Virus record (IMG/VR): IMGVR_UViG_3300031994_000010 | Coordinates: 64,001 to 128,000 of that record | Length of the DNA stretch: 64,000 bases | From: a virus | Taxonomy: Duplodnaviria; Caudoviricetes | Strand: one strand, 5' to 3' | Part shown: one piece after another, positions 20,905-31,950 of the stretch | Numbering within the stretch: the stretch's first letter is position 1 | Layout of the letters: every line of letters begins with the position of its first letter | The notes under the pieces: generated by a model | Told to the model about the DNA's origin: nothing | What the model saw: only the letters and a program-made list of their open reading frames with translations | The model's database searches: none | Translations under genes and position numbers: made by a program

Positions 20905-22287
20905 TTAGGATACATCTTCTATATTAATTTCACCATTATCAAGAGCTTTCTGTTCTTTATTTAAGAAATTAAAGCATTTTAGCTTAAAAGCATGAGCTAA
21001 GTTGTCCTCAATTCTAATAACAACACCTTCATGAGGCACATTGTTAGCACATTCAGGAGAACGTTCCTCCATATAGAAGTTTTTATCATTAGCAAGTCTT
21101 TCCAAGAAGTTTTCGTTCCAATGCTCTTCAGTATTTAGATCTGGATACAAATCCGAAGCATAACCATAATAGAGTTCAGTGACTGGCCTCAACCCATTCT
21201 TTTTACACCAATTCTGAACAGCTCTTGCAGAGAACTCTTGAACTACTCCATCAATATTAGTATAAGTTATTCTATAAATATAGATTTTATAATGGATTCC
21301 TTCAGTATAAGATTCTCCTTCCTTTATTGGCCTACATCCATAATCATATTCCTTTTGAATATATTTATTATCCGTAGTATAACCTACTATTTCATAGTAA
21401 AGAGATAATCCCTTTGTTATATATGGACGAAGATGTTTATCAGCAATTACTCTAAAGTCATCAGAACCATAATATCCATTATTTACCTTAGGATTGATAT
21501 ATTGATTCTTAATAACTTTTCTTGAAGCATATATATGATCATAGACTGGGAAAGTATACTTAGTAAGCCATTTAGCTATCTTTTCTTTCCAGGTTAGAGG
21601 CTTATTACATAAAATATAAGCGGATATAGCGCTCGTGCCGTGCCATTTGCTCGATATTTGAATTATATCATTAGGTTTGATAACAGTTGGATTCTTACGA
21701 AGCATTTCTGTCTCATAATGGAATCTAAATTGATTTTCTATAATTCTATCGAACTTTTTTAGATTCTTATCATATCTACTATGTCGATCATACAGATGTG
21801 AACCACCTTGTTGCCTTACAATATACTTCCTACATACCCAAAAAGATTTATTACCATCGGTAATTTCATCAAATTCAAGTCCATCTTCAGGTTCTGGTAA
21901 AGATTGATTAACAGAATCTACAACCCAATTATTAAAGTGTTCATAGGGAAGTAAAAATCCTTCAGATGGATAACCTTTTAACTTAATAGCCTTAACTCTA
22001 CCATTTTTACCGAAGAAACCAGGTTTAGCTGTAGCATCTTTATTTAATTCAGGTTTAGCATATAAATTAAGATACTCTAATAGCTCTGAGTGAATCTGAC
22101 TCATAGTTGGAAAATATACATAAAATCCTTCAGGTTCATTTATTCCTACGGATATAGAATATCCTCCAATATGTGCTACTTTCATTTTAGTAACTTCTGG
22201 GTTAGGATGCTTAGAAAATTCAGTAATATGAACTACCTTAGCTAAATAATTGATATTAGCTTTTTTACTTATATTAAGCTTTAACAT
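20905..22287 (-). CDS. RNA ligase (Rnl2/DRB0094-like) with N-terminal OB-like domain
   Basis: KWHGTS motif I, YYEIVG, EGVVIR, FKLK; near Pnkp. Confidence 0.75.
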   Translation of the reverse strand: MLKLNISKKANINYLAKVVHITEFSKHPNPEVTKMKVAHIGGYSISVGINEPEGFYVYFPTMSQIHSELLEYLNLYAKPELNKDATAKPGFFGKNGRVKAIKLKGYPSEGFLLPYEHFNNWVVDSVNQSLPEPEDGLEFDEITDGNKSFWVCRKYIVRQQGGSHLYDRHSRYDKNLKKFDRIIENQFRFHYETEMLRKNPTVIKPNDIIQISSKWHGTSAISAYILCNKPLTWKEKIAKWLTKYTFPVYDHIYASRKVIKNQYINPKVNNGYYGSDDFRVIADKHLRPYITKGLSLYYEIVGYTTDNKYIQKEYDYGCRPIKEGESYTEGIHYKIYIYRITYTNIDGVVQEFSARAVQNWCKKNGLRPVTELYYGYASDLYPDLNTEEHWNENFLERLANDKNFYMEERSPECANNVPHEGVVIRIEDNLAHAFKLKCFNFLNKEQKALDNGEINIEDVS

Positions 22288-22577
22288 AGTGTTTTAAATA
22301 TTTAATTAATTTATCATCTTTAGGAAAACACACCCATTTATGCCCCCAGGAATCAGTGTAAAAACTCCTTAATTCTCCTTTACTACTCCACATTTTTTTG
22401 TAAGCAGCTATAAGTTGTTCAGCAGTAATTCCTGGATTCTTTAGAATATTTTTTTCTAACCCAATAAAGTATTTATCTAAAAATGGTTGTTCTTCAGCAT
22501 CTTTAACTATTAGTCTTGCTTTAGACTCATCTTTAGGAATTAAATATAAGCTCCAAGTAGGAACTCTTATATGGGTT

Positions 22578-23441
22578 TTAAGTTTCATTATACAATATAT
22601 ATTCTAATTCTTTCTTTCTATCATTTTTTAGTTGATTTAAAGCATCTTTCTTTATTTGTCTTATTCTCTCAGGAGATATTCCAAATAATCTGCTAATTTC
22701 AACCATATCCATTTGTCTTACACCTATTCCATAATAAAGAATAAGAATATCATGTTCTCTATCTCTCATTTTATTGAGAATAAGCTGAATCTGCTGTTTA
22801 AATGAATCTTTTATTAAAGCATCATCAGTAGCTATAGAACCTTTATTAGGGATTATGTCTACCAATGTACCTGCTTCTTCATCATCTGAAAAAGGAGTAT
22901 CAAGAGAAACGGTGTATTTACCATATTCCATTAATTTACTTATTTTCTCTTCTGGTAGATCTATGATTTCTTCTAATTCCTTTGGAGTAGGAGTTCTTTC
23001 ATTTTCTTGTTCAAATTTTTTAATAGCTCTAAATACTTTAGATACATTACCTATTTGATTTAAAGGTAATCTTATAGTTCTAGAAGTAGAATATAGAGCT
23101 TTTAAAATGCTTTGTCTTATCCACCATACAGCATAACTAATAAACTTAAATCCTCTATCAACATCAAATTTAGTAGCTGCATGAATTAATCCTTCATTTC
23201 CAGCACTAATTAGTTCCTCTAAAGGTAATCCTTGATTTTGATATTGTTTAGCTACAGATATAACAAATCTGAGATTAGAAGAAACTAATTTATCTTGAGC
23301 AGATTTATCACCTAGTTTCATTCGATAGCCTAGATCCTTTTCTTCTTCTGGAGTTAATAAAGGAATTTTATTTACATCTTTTAGATATAACTTAATTGCA
23401 TCTCTATTAGTTATAGATGGTCGTATTTGAAACCTTTGCAT
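22578..23441 (-). CDS. RNA polymerase sigma70 (RpoD/SigA-like) factor
   Basis: NLRFVISVAKQY, GNEGL, RGFKFISYAVWWIRQSI, ERIRQI. Confidence 0.93.
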   Translation of the reverse strand: MQRFQIRPSITNRDAIKLYLKDVNKIPLLTPEEEKDLGYRMKLGDKSAQDKLVSSNLRFVISVAKQYQNQGLPLEELISAGNEGLIHAATKFDVDRGFKFISYAVWWIRQSILKALYSTSRTIRLPLNQIGNVSKVFRAIKKFEQENERTPTPKELEEIIDLPEEKISKLMEYGKYTVSLDTPFSDDEEAGTLVDIIPNKGSIATDDALIKDSFKQQIQLILNKMRDREHDILILYYGIGVRQMDMVEISRLFGISPERIRQIKKDALNQLKNDRKKELEYILYNET

Positions 23442-23631
23442 AATTAAACGTATTCAGCATCCTTAAATTGAATATCACCATCTAATACAAAGAACCCTTG
23501 TTTATGTAAGGGTTCTAATTGCTTACTAATAGTGGCTTTATAAACATTAAGCCTCTCTTCTTCTTTTATATTATCGGGGACTTCTACCTTTCCCCGAATA
23601 ATTTTAGTAATTGGACAAGTATATTCTATTA

Positions 23632-24885
23632 TCATTTAAATTCGTTAGCATCTCTAAAAGCAATCAATGCTGGCTGTAGTGGGACTCCTGTTACTTCATC
23701 TCCACCATTAGAATAATAGAAATATTTAATCGTTGCAAACTTTCCTTTATATTTAGAATTAAAGTTATCTACATATTCTTCTTTAGTAGCTCTATCTCCA
23801 ACAGGTTTAGCTTTAAAAGTATTACCATATGGAGTTTTACATATGAATACCATATCCTCAGTACCTCTTAATCCTAATTCATAAGATTCTACTAAGAATT
23901 CTGCATCCATGTAATTCTTTACTTTAATCATAGAATATGTACGAGACCCAAATCCATATACTGCATCAGGATCTCTTAACACTAATCCTTCCCAACCTTC
24001 TTCTACATAAGCATTATGTAAAGAATTAACTTCTTCTTCACCAATAACTATCTCTTGTGGAACTAGAAGCATTTGAAGCTCATTTTTATTCCACTCTACA
24101 TATGGATCAAAATCTCTTAATTGTAATTCTTTTTTAATGGCTAACATAATTTTATTCCTAACTTTAAAAGAAATATTAGGAACCATTATATCATACATAT
24201 AAAAACATAACTGGTCACAATCAACAGCATTCTTTTCCATACGACAGGCTCCACTTATTCTCTGAAGAGGCCATCCATGTTTATAAGCTTCTCCATCTAG
24301 TACAATTTTAGGATGTTTTTTAAAGAACTCTATAAATTTTTCATTTTGAATAAAGTGTTGCATTGAATAGTCATAATGTCCACCTCCTCTAGAGGCAGTT
24401 CTTATCATTCTTCCATCCCAATAGAAAGACATTCGACATCCGTCAATTTTTCTACTTGCAAACCAATAGTCTTTAGTAGCTATAACGTCAGATTTACACT
24501 GTTTTAATGGTTTAGCTAACATATGTTTAGCAAATCCATTAGCATCAGTTTTATATTCTGGAAGCATTTGGTTTAATTCTTCTAAAGCATAACTTTCTGG
24601 GTCACGCTCTATTTCTTTATAACCTTTATCTTTATACTCCTTACATATAGCATTAAATCTAAGTAGACATTGTGCATATGGATCTCTAGTTGAAAATCCT
24701 TTATCAATAATTAAAGGTGGTTGAATTACTCTTTTGCCTTTGTATTGATAAGAACACCTACTGATGGTGTAAGTGTTCTTATCGGTTTGTTCAAAATGAG
24801 TTTCTATACAACGAATTTTTCCATTAGAATCTCTATTTATAAAATAGCATTGATGTTTTTGTTGAGATTCAAATAAATCATTCAT
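23632..24885 (-). CDS. ATP-dependent DNA ligase
   Basis: KIDGCR, DGE, EGLVLR, KVK, C-terminal OB fold. Confidence 0.9.
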   Translation of the reverse strand: MNDLFESQQKHQCYFINRDSNGKIRCIETHFEQTDKNTYTISRCSYQYKGKRVIQPPLIIDKGFSTRDPYAQCLLRFNAICKEYKDKGYKEIERDPESYALEELNQMLPEYKTDANGFAKHMLAKPLKQCKSDVIATKDYWFASRKIDGCRMSFYWDGRMIRTASRGGGHYDYSMQHFIQNEKFIEFFKKHPKIVLDGEAYKHGWPLQRISGACRMEKNAVDCDQLCFYMYDIMVPNISFKVRNKIMLAIKKELQLRDFDPYVEWNKNELQMLLVPQEIVIGEEEVNSLHNAYVEEGWEGLVLRDPDAVYGFGSRTYSMIKVKNYMDAEFLVESYELGLRGTEDMVFICKTPYGNTFKAKPVGDRATKEEYVDNFNSKYKGKFATIKYFYYSNGGDEVTGVPLQPALIAFRDANEFK

Positions 24886-25180
24886 TTGAGGTGATTATTT
24901 TTAACCAAATATTCCCATAAATCTTTTAAGTCTTCAACATTATATTCTGTTTCTTCTGTATAGATAATTTTTGGAACACTCTCATAGAGCCACCAAAAGA
25001 TTAAATCTGCTCCATCTTCATCGAAACAAGAATATATATAGTTATCAAATAATTGATAAGTTATTTGAACTAAATCTATCTCAAATAAATCTCTAGAGTT
25101 AAGAATCTTTTGTAGCTCTTCTAATTTTTCGTCAAATTGATTCTTTAAATCAATTTGTTTCTTTAATTCTTCAAATGTAA

Positions 25181-25912
25181 TCATAATCCAGTATGTCCAA
25201 ATCCACCACTACCTCTCTCAGTCTCATCTAAATCATCTACTTCTTCAAAATCTGCTTGATATACTCTTGCAAATACTCCTTGAGCTATCTTATCTCCAGG
25301 ATTTATAGTAAATGATTTGTCACTAGTATTAAATAAGATAATTCCTATATCACCACGATAACTACTGTCCACAGTGCCAGGGGTATTAAGTACTGTAATG
25401 CCATTTTTCAATGCTAAGCCACTTCTAGGTCTAACTTGAAGTTCAAATCCCTTTGGAATTGACATATGTAATCCAGTTGGAATAAGTTTTCTTTCTCCAG
25501 GTTGTAAAGTGACTGCTTCTTTAAGATAGGCTCTTAAATCTGCTCCAGAACTTCCAGAGTCAGCATAAGTAGGAAGTCTACAAGTCCCTAAATTTTGTAC
25601 TTTTACATTAATTTTTTGTTGAAGATGGTTTTCAACTTGTTTTATTACTTCAGTATTCTCCATATTATTAAAAAAGTGCCAATTAATAAAACTATCTATA
25701 GGGCTTTCTAAATTGTCTGCATAAAAACATTTAACAACTGTTCCTTTGTATTTTACACATATAAAAGGAGTCTTTTTAGTACCAAATTCATTTAGTAACG
25801 CCCATCCTTTTTTATGTCCATCTGAAGTATGTAAATTATAGATTTCTAAAAACAAATCAGGAAACTGAGAAATATCAATTTCCTGATTTGTTACTATGTA
25901 GCAATCATACAT
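25181..25912 (-). CDS. dut: dUTPase with extra N-terminal domain
   Basis: GADL, RSGLA, GTVDSSYRG, IAQ, RGSGGFGHTG. Confidence 0.92.
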   Translation of the reverse strand: MYDCYIVTNQEIDISQFPDLFLEIYNLHTSDGHKKGWALLNEFGTKKTPFICVKYKGTVVKCFYADNLESPIDSFINWHFFNNMENTEVIKQVENHLQQKINVKVQNLGTCRLPTYADSGSSGADLRAYLKEAVTLQPGERKLIPTGLHMSIPKGFELQVRPRSGLALKNGITVLNTPGTVDSSYRGDIGIILFNTSDKSFTINPGDKIAQGVFARVYQADFEEVDDLDETERGSGGFGHTGL

Positions 25913-26254
25913 TATAAATATTATAATTGTTTATACGATCAACAAGATCACAATCTTCTTTTTCAAATAGTCTAGCTATTGCTTCAGTTTCAGATAAACC
26001 ATTATCATCTATCCAAGCCTCTTTATCAATATAGTCTCTCCATTCTCTTTGACAGCTAAATAGTTCGTCCTCAAAAAATTCATTATTTGCTTCCTTTTGA
26101 ATCTCCCTTACATCTGAGGCATCACAGATGTAATATTTTTCGGCATTAATAATAATTAAATCATTATCAATATCTATATTTACAACTGATGAATCGTCAT
26201 AACGACTTCCTATAAAAGATAATACTATAGGTCTAATTTCTTCATCTATATTAT

Positions 26255-26983
26255 TCAATCCGTTAATTTGCATAATTCATTTTCATTTAACATAAAACAA
26301 CTTTTTCCACAATCTAACATAGCAAAATTATCTGTGATAATCTCTTTTTTACAATAAGTATGTCCAAATATTTGATAATAAGGACTTAAGTACTTATTTT
26401 TAGTTTCTCCATGCTCTCTAACGTCTGCCCATATAATAGAACCTGTTCGATTTAGTCCTCCACGAAGATAACCTACCCAAAAGATTAAAGCAGAATGATT
26501 TTCTGACTCAAATAACTTATTACAGATTTCATTTATTGACGTTGTATCAAATGTCTTGGACATATTATCAAAGAAATCATTTGTAAATCCTGCATGGGTA
26601 AACAATAGTTTTTCTTGTTTAATACTATCACAGAAATTAGGCATTTCGAAGCATAATTGAAATAAATCTTTATTATCTTCAAAAAGTTGATGTATTATAT
26701 TATGATTTTTGTAGTCATGTCTACACCACCACTTTTCAGATTTATAGATTTCTTCATTATAGTATGGCCAATCGTGATTCCCGAGGAGCAAGATAACTTT
26801 ATCAGGAAATTTCTTTTTAAATTCAATTATTTCCTTAAAGTTTTCTATATCATGTTCATCAGTAGATTCATCTGGATAATGATCTAAGTAATCTCCTAAG
26901 AAAATAGCTAAATCATAGTCCTCAGTATAAACCTTTTTCCAAAAATCACGACCATGAACGTCTGGAATTATCAGTATATTCAT
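26255..26983 (-). CDS. Metallophosphoesterase
   Basis: DVHG, GDYLD, GNHD, HAG, GHT. Confidence 0.88.
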   Translation of the reverse strand: MNILIIPDVHGRDFWKKVYTEDYDLAIFLGDYLDHYPDESTDEHDIENFKEIIEFKKKFPDKVILLLGNHDWPYYNEEIYKSEKWWCRHDYKNHNIIHQLFEDNKDLFQLCFEMPNFCDSIKQEKLLFTHAGFTNDFFDNMSKTFDTTSINEICNKLFESENHSALIFWVGYLRGGLNRTGSIIWADVREHGETKNKYLSPYYQIFGHTYCKKEIITDNFAMLDCGKSCFMLNENELCKLTD

Positions 26984-27845
26984 TTTTCAAAGGGTTTAAA
27001 GGTTTTTAAAAACTCATTTAGTTCATCTAGGGCTTCTTGTGGAGTATCATATCCATAATGGGCTCCTACAGAACAATATCCGCCATTAATATCCCAATAC
27101 CATTTAAACACTCCTTCTTCTTCTAAATCGGAGTAATTTATAGAAATATCATACTGATATTCTTTAACTGCTTGATTTAGGTCCATAGTTCTTAATCATT
27201 ACTTTAATTTGTTTATTAGGAGTATTAAAAATATCTTTTGGTTTTCCTTCATTATCCATAGTAATTCCTATATTACAAAGAAGCTGTCCAAATCTTAAAT
27301 CTGGATGTTTTTTATGAAGTTCTAATAATAGATAAAGTATTTCTTCAAAAGAATCATCTTCAAAATCTTGATAGTTAATTCTTCTGCAAAAATCTTTAAG
27401 TATAGTCTCCATTTCTTTGAAATTATCAATACTCCAACTTTCAGTTTTAATGTTTAAAAAGTTAGCACAGCCATTATCTCTAGTAGAAATTGTTAAAGAC
27501 TGAACATTATCAGGACCTTCTGTACAATCACCATTTTGCACATAAGTAATTGAAGTGTCTGAAAGAAGAACTTCATTATCGTTAGGCCATCCTTCAGTTA
27601 TTATTTTCATAAACATGAATATAATTAGAATTTACCATATAACATATCTCATCATAATTAAATCCTTTTTCCTCTAAAAAAGATTCTACATCATCTATAT
27701 CTCTATATATAAAAACGTCTCCAGATGAATAATCAAGGACTGCTATATCCATAATTATATAGTTATAGAATTTTTAAGTAACATAATGTCTATAGAATTC
27801 ATTGGATCTAAGTTTATATTAAGAGCTTTATATTTCTGAAACACT

Positions 27846-28073
27846 TTATTCTTCTTTTGAAGATTTTTTACTATCTTTGAGGACATCAATACAAGTAGCT
27901 ATTATAATTAATATTATTAATAATACAAATACTACAAGTGGAATCCATAAAGGTGATAAAACCCACCACCAAGACCAATCTATATAGTGGGTAAGTTTTA
28001 ATCCAATAAATAACACCGTTAATAAAGATAAAAATACTCCATCTATATTAACCCTACTAATTTCATAACTCAT
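27846..28073 (-). CDS. Small membrane protein (DWSWWWVLSPLW family)
   Basis: Two TM segments. Confidence 0.6.
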   Translation of the reverse strand: MSYEISRVNIDGVFLSLLTVLFIGLKLTHYIDWSWWWVLSPLWIPLVVFVLLIILIIIATCIDVLKDSKKSSKEE

Positions 28074-28558
28074 TTTTTTCTAAATTTATAAGTTATATCA
28101 AGCCATCCACTTACTAACCTATGAGAAGTTTCTTCTATAAACATATCCTTACTATAAAGTTTTTGGTTACTATTAGGATTATCCAATCCTCCTTTTTCTT
28201 CAACATAAGGACCTATTTTAATATAGTCAAATGCTTCTAAATCATGATGGGGAAATACTGATTGCCCAGAATACCATCCTACTTTTAAATTAGGATATTT
28301 AGCTTTAACTAATTCTGCTAAAACTACTATAGTATCTGGTTCAGCATCTCCTCCCATAAAACATATACAAGAAACTCCAGGATTGCTGTCTATTAATTTA
28401 CTTAACTCTTCAAAAGTTAATTCTGTACCAATGTCTTGCCATAATTCTTTAGAATGACATCCGGGACAATGTATTGGACAATTAGATAAATTTATAGCTA
28501 AAGTAATTTCATCTGGAATTTCTCGAAAAACTACTTCTGCATTAGTGTATTTAATCAT
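28070..28558 (-). CDS. nrdG: Anaerobic ribonucleotide reductase activase
   Basis: EIPDEITL, CPIHCPGCHS, K.GPY; downstream of nrdD. Confidence 0.92.
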   Translation of the reverse strand: MIKYTNAEVVFREIPDEITLAINLSNCPIHCPGCHSKELWQDIGTELTFEELSKLIDSNPGVSCICFMGGDAEPDTIVVLAELVKAKYPNLKVGWYSGQSVFPHHDLEAFDYIKIGPYVEEKGGLDNPNSNQKLYSKDMFIEETSHRLVSGWLDITYKFRKK

Positions 28559-28759
28559 TTTCAGGAACTACTTTATAATTGCTATATTCTTTAATATAAT
28601 CAACACACATTTTCAGAATTTGATCATCATCCCATGTAAGAGCTCTCATACATCCAACAATTCCAGTCATTACATCTTCAGTAGTAACGTCTGGATAATC
28701 TAATTTAAAAGTAACTGTAGTATTATAGTTACTCATAGACATTTCAAAATGTTCGTCTT

Positions 28760-28954
28760 TCATTTTCTTATATATAATTTACAACAACATTTATCTTTCT
28801 CCCTATAATCTGAACAAGGACAGTGAAGATCTTCACAAGGTTCAGTATGAACACAAGGACAAAGACCATCATTTCTTTCTAACATTTTAGTTATTCCTTT
28901 TACTACTTTTTCATTAGGATTGAGCTACCAACCTTCTTTAATAAAATATTCCAT
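28760..28954 (-). CDS. Ferredoxin-thioredoxin-reductase catalytic-subunit-like Cys-rich protein with in-frame TAG (missed by ORF track)
   Basis: MEYFIKEGW*LNPNEK...CPC...CPC...CCC.LY; TAG codon 10 (28925-28927); TGATG/ATGA coupling at both ends. Confidence 0.75.
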
Positions 28955-31110
28955 CAGTTTACCTCCTTACTATATACTCTAGTTTTTTGTTCAATTTGTC
29001 TGCCTTCTGACCAGTTATTAATCTTAGTTAAATATCCAATTATGCGATCCCATAGTGCTATTTTTTTGGTTTCCCCACACTTCGGACATACTTTAAATGG
29101 TTGTTTAGCAATAAATCCACAAGATTCACATTCACAGTTTGGAATATTGAAAGTAAAATATTGGCATCCTATTTCTGCTGCATATTTAAGAAGTTTATTA
29201 TACTGTTCTTTAGAAAGATGTTCTGATAAGTTTATATGGGCGGCTGCGCCTCCGTCTAAATAGTCTCCAATATATTCAGATCCATGTAATTTTAACTTCT
29301 CTAATACTGAGATACTTTTATCATTGGGTTTAAAGATATAAGAGGCATATAAATTAGTATCTTCTGGAATCCAGTATCCGTCTTGTTTATCCCAATTATA
29401 GTTTTTAATAGCTAAGGATTCTGCAGGCACACACTCAGTATTAAATGTTACTTTATGACCAAAAGCTTTACCATTATGGATTAAATTAAGTTCTTTTATA
29501 ATACCAAATATAGCTTGACAATAATCTCTATATTCTTTATTATCATTACACTTTATTCCAAGGTATTCTGCAGACTGATTTAAACCATTAATTCCAATAG
29601 TAAGATACTGTTTATTTAAATTAATAAATCCTGCTTTATAAACTGGAAGAAGACCAGCATCATACATATCCCATAAGCATTCATTATAAGCTATATGGTA
29701 ACGATACACTCTTTCAAGTATTGTTTGTAAATAAAGTCTTAAACTATCATATTGATTGCCAACTGTTGGAACTCCTCCAATGGATTTACACCAATCCTGA
29801 ACAATTCTATTAAGATTTAAAGTAATTACAGACTTTGAGCCAGTTTCTACTCCCATATTACCATTAGTGAAGTTAAATTCTTTAGTGGTTACTTTATTTT
29901 TTAATCGACAGCATGAACTCAAGCTATCAGCAGTATCTGATATATAGGTAAAGAAACTATGTCCTTCAGCATACTCTTCTGCTACAAAGTCAGCCATATC
30001 TGAGTCTAAGAAGTGCCCATTTTGATAGATTAATGCTACTGACTCCACGGGAAAGGTAATTATAGTACGTAAACGTTCTTTATTAAACCATTTCATAAAG
30101 TATTTCTGTAACCAACATAAAGAATCCCATTTAGGTGTGGTCATATCTGGAAAAACAAAGTTACCAAACATGGCATCAAAGAAAGGTTTATCAAAATAAG
30201 AAAAGTTTACGAACGCAGCTTGCATTCCACGGGCAGCTGCTGGCTGATTAATAGAGTATATTACTTGTTGAAAGTATTGTTGTATCTGACTTCCTATAGT
30301 TTTATGTCGTACACAATTAGGAGTAGTTATTTCAATGTCAGATTTCTGATAATAGTTATCCCCCCATTCTTTTCTTGCAAAATAGTCAAAATAAAGTAAA
30401 AATTCTGAAGTTGCAACGGCTCCTGCAAATTGTCCTGCAATAGCAAATATAAGATTTACATACATTCCACAGAATGAATCTAAATTTTTTGGTTTTGCAG
30501 ATAGTCCTCCTAATTCTTTTATACCATTTTGTAAAAAAGGATACATACTTATACTACAACAATAAGGTGCTATAGCTCCCATAAAACTAGATTCATCATG
30601 TTTATAAATAATATGATGATTTAAATCACTTTCATATTGTTTAGAGTTAAAATCAGGATACAACTCCTTAAGTTTATCAGTAATCATTCCCCTATTTACC
30701 AATATATTTTCTTCTTTATGCCCTTCGGCATTAAGAATACCAATATTCTTTCCTGCTACATTAGAATTATCATCTATAGTTGCATTGGCAGTATTAGAGG
30801 ATTCTTTATATTTTCTTATAAAACTTTTCTTTGATTCAACAAGTTTTCGAGCTTGTTCATGTTTGTATCTATAAATAAGATAAGAATCAGCTACTTCATC
30901 ATATCCAAAATCACGTAATGTTTCAATTACTTCGTCTTGAATATCTTCAACTGTTATATCTTCCCAGATTTTTATAGAATCGATTATCTCTTCATATACA
31001 GTTTCATCTACTGAATATCCAACAGAATTAAAGGCAGCAGAAATCGCTGCCTTTATTTTCTCTGGATTAAACTCTTCTTTTTGTCCATTTCTTTTAACAA
31101 TTTCAATCAT
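28954..31110 (-). CDS. nrdD: Class III anaerobic ribonucleotide reductase with ATP cone
   Basis: ATP-cone, SCCRL, PAES, CxxC..CxxC, RIIGYL glycyl loop. Confidence 0.95.
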   Translation of the reverse strand: MIEIVKRNGQKEEFNPEKIKAAISAAFNSVGYSVDETVYEEIIDSIKIWEDITVEDIQDEVIETLRDFGYDEVADSYLIYRYKHEQARKLVESKKSFIRKYKESSNTANATIDDNSNVAGKNIGILNAEGHKEENILVNRGMITDKLKELYPDFNSKQYESDLNHHIIYKHDESSFMGAIAPYCCSISMYPFLQNGIKELGGLSAKPKNLDSFCGMYVNLIFAIAGQFAGAVATSEFLLYFDYFARKEWGDNYYQKSDIEITTPNCVRHKTIGSQIQQYFQQVIYSINQPAAARGMQAAFVNFSYFDKPFFDAMFGNFVFPDMTTPKWDSLCWLQKYFMKWFNKERLRTIITFPVESVALIYQNGHFLDSDMADFVAEEYAEGHSFFTYISDTADSLSSCCRLKNKVTTKEFNFTNGNMGVETGSKSVITLNLNRIVQDWCKSIGGVPTVGNQYDSLRLYLQTILERVYRYHIAYNECLWDMYDAGLLPVYKAGFINLNKQYLTIGINGLNQSAEYLGIKCNDNKEYRDYCQAIFGIIKELNLIHNGKAFGHKVTFNTECVPAESLAIKNYNWDKQDGYWIPEDTNLYASYIFKPNDKSISVLEKLKLHGSEYIGDYLDGGAAAHINLSEHLSKEQYNKLLKYAAEIGCQYFTFNIPNCECESCGFIAKQPFKVCPKCGETKKIALWDRIIGYLTKINNWSEGRQIEQKTRVYSKEVN

Positions 31111-31176
31111 ATTTATTTATTTTTAAAGGTTAAAAGTAAACTTAATAATTATTTAGAGATAACCCAAATCTAATTT

Positions 31177-31950
31177 TTAAAAGATAATGTCTTTAAGAAG
31201 TAAACATTTTTCTGCTTTATTCATAATATCCTTATCCTTATCATTAGATATAATATCAGTAAAAGCGTTATAAATGTTAAATAAGCTCGTATTCTCTCCT
31301 TGGTGTACATAATAATCAGACTCACTATTTACAAATAAAAGTTTATAAGCATCAATTGCAGTAGATACTGCAAGTTTCACTTTACCAAACCCATTACTAA
31401 AAGAATTGTCTAAACATCTTCTTACCCACATTCCCAGAGATTCATTAATATTTTGTTCACTTCTTTCAAAAGAAGTGTTATAAAGAGTATTTAACCATAC
31501 TTTTAGTTCAGATGCTTTATTAATTAAAGTATCTATAGGACTATAATTAAGTGCTGCTTCTGGATATATCTCTTGACATTCTAAGAAAGATGGGTTAAAT
31601 ACACAAAGATTACAACAAGCCATATTAACTCCACCTCTATAGAATTTAGCAATAGGCTTACGAACATCTAATCCCATTACCATACCTATTACCTCCTGAT
31701 GATTATCAATAATATAGTCGTCAGGAAGAATTCCCTGAATCCAAACTCTATTATAAGTTAAATCCTCAGTTCCTTCATTAGTAGTAATTTGATCTGGAGT
31801 TTCTACTTTTACAATAAACTTATCAGTTACTCTAGAAACTCTATCTAAAAATGGTTCTACATAAGCTCTAGTAGGAAAATACTCATTCTTTTTAATACGA
31901 GTAGCTTTTCCTTTAAGTAATTCATCAATCGTTATTTCCATTATCGTCAA
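31177..31950 (-). CDS. DUF932-like protein
   Basis: GG.N.ACCNLCVF and SLFNIYNAFT patterns. Confidence 0.55.
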   Translation of the reverse strand: MTIMEITIDELLKGKATRIKKNEYFPTRAYVEPFLDRVSRVTDKFIVKVETPDQITTNEGTEDLTYNRVWIQGILPDDYIIDNHQEVIGMVMGLDVRKPIAKFYRGGVNMACCNLCVFNPSFLECQEIYPEAALNYSPIDTLINKASELKVWLNTLYNTSFERSEQNINESLGMWVRRCLDNSFSNGFGKVKLAVSTAIDAYKLLFVNSESDYYVHQGENTSLFNIYNAFTDIISNDKDKDIMNKAEKCLLLKDIIF

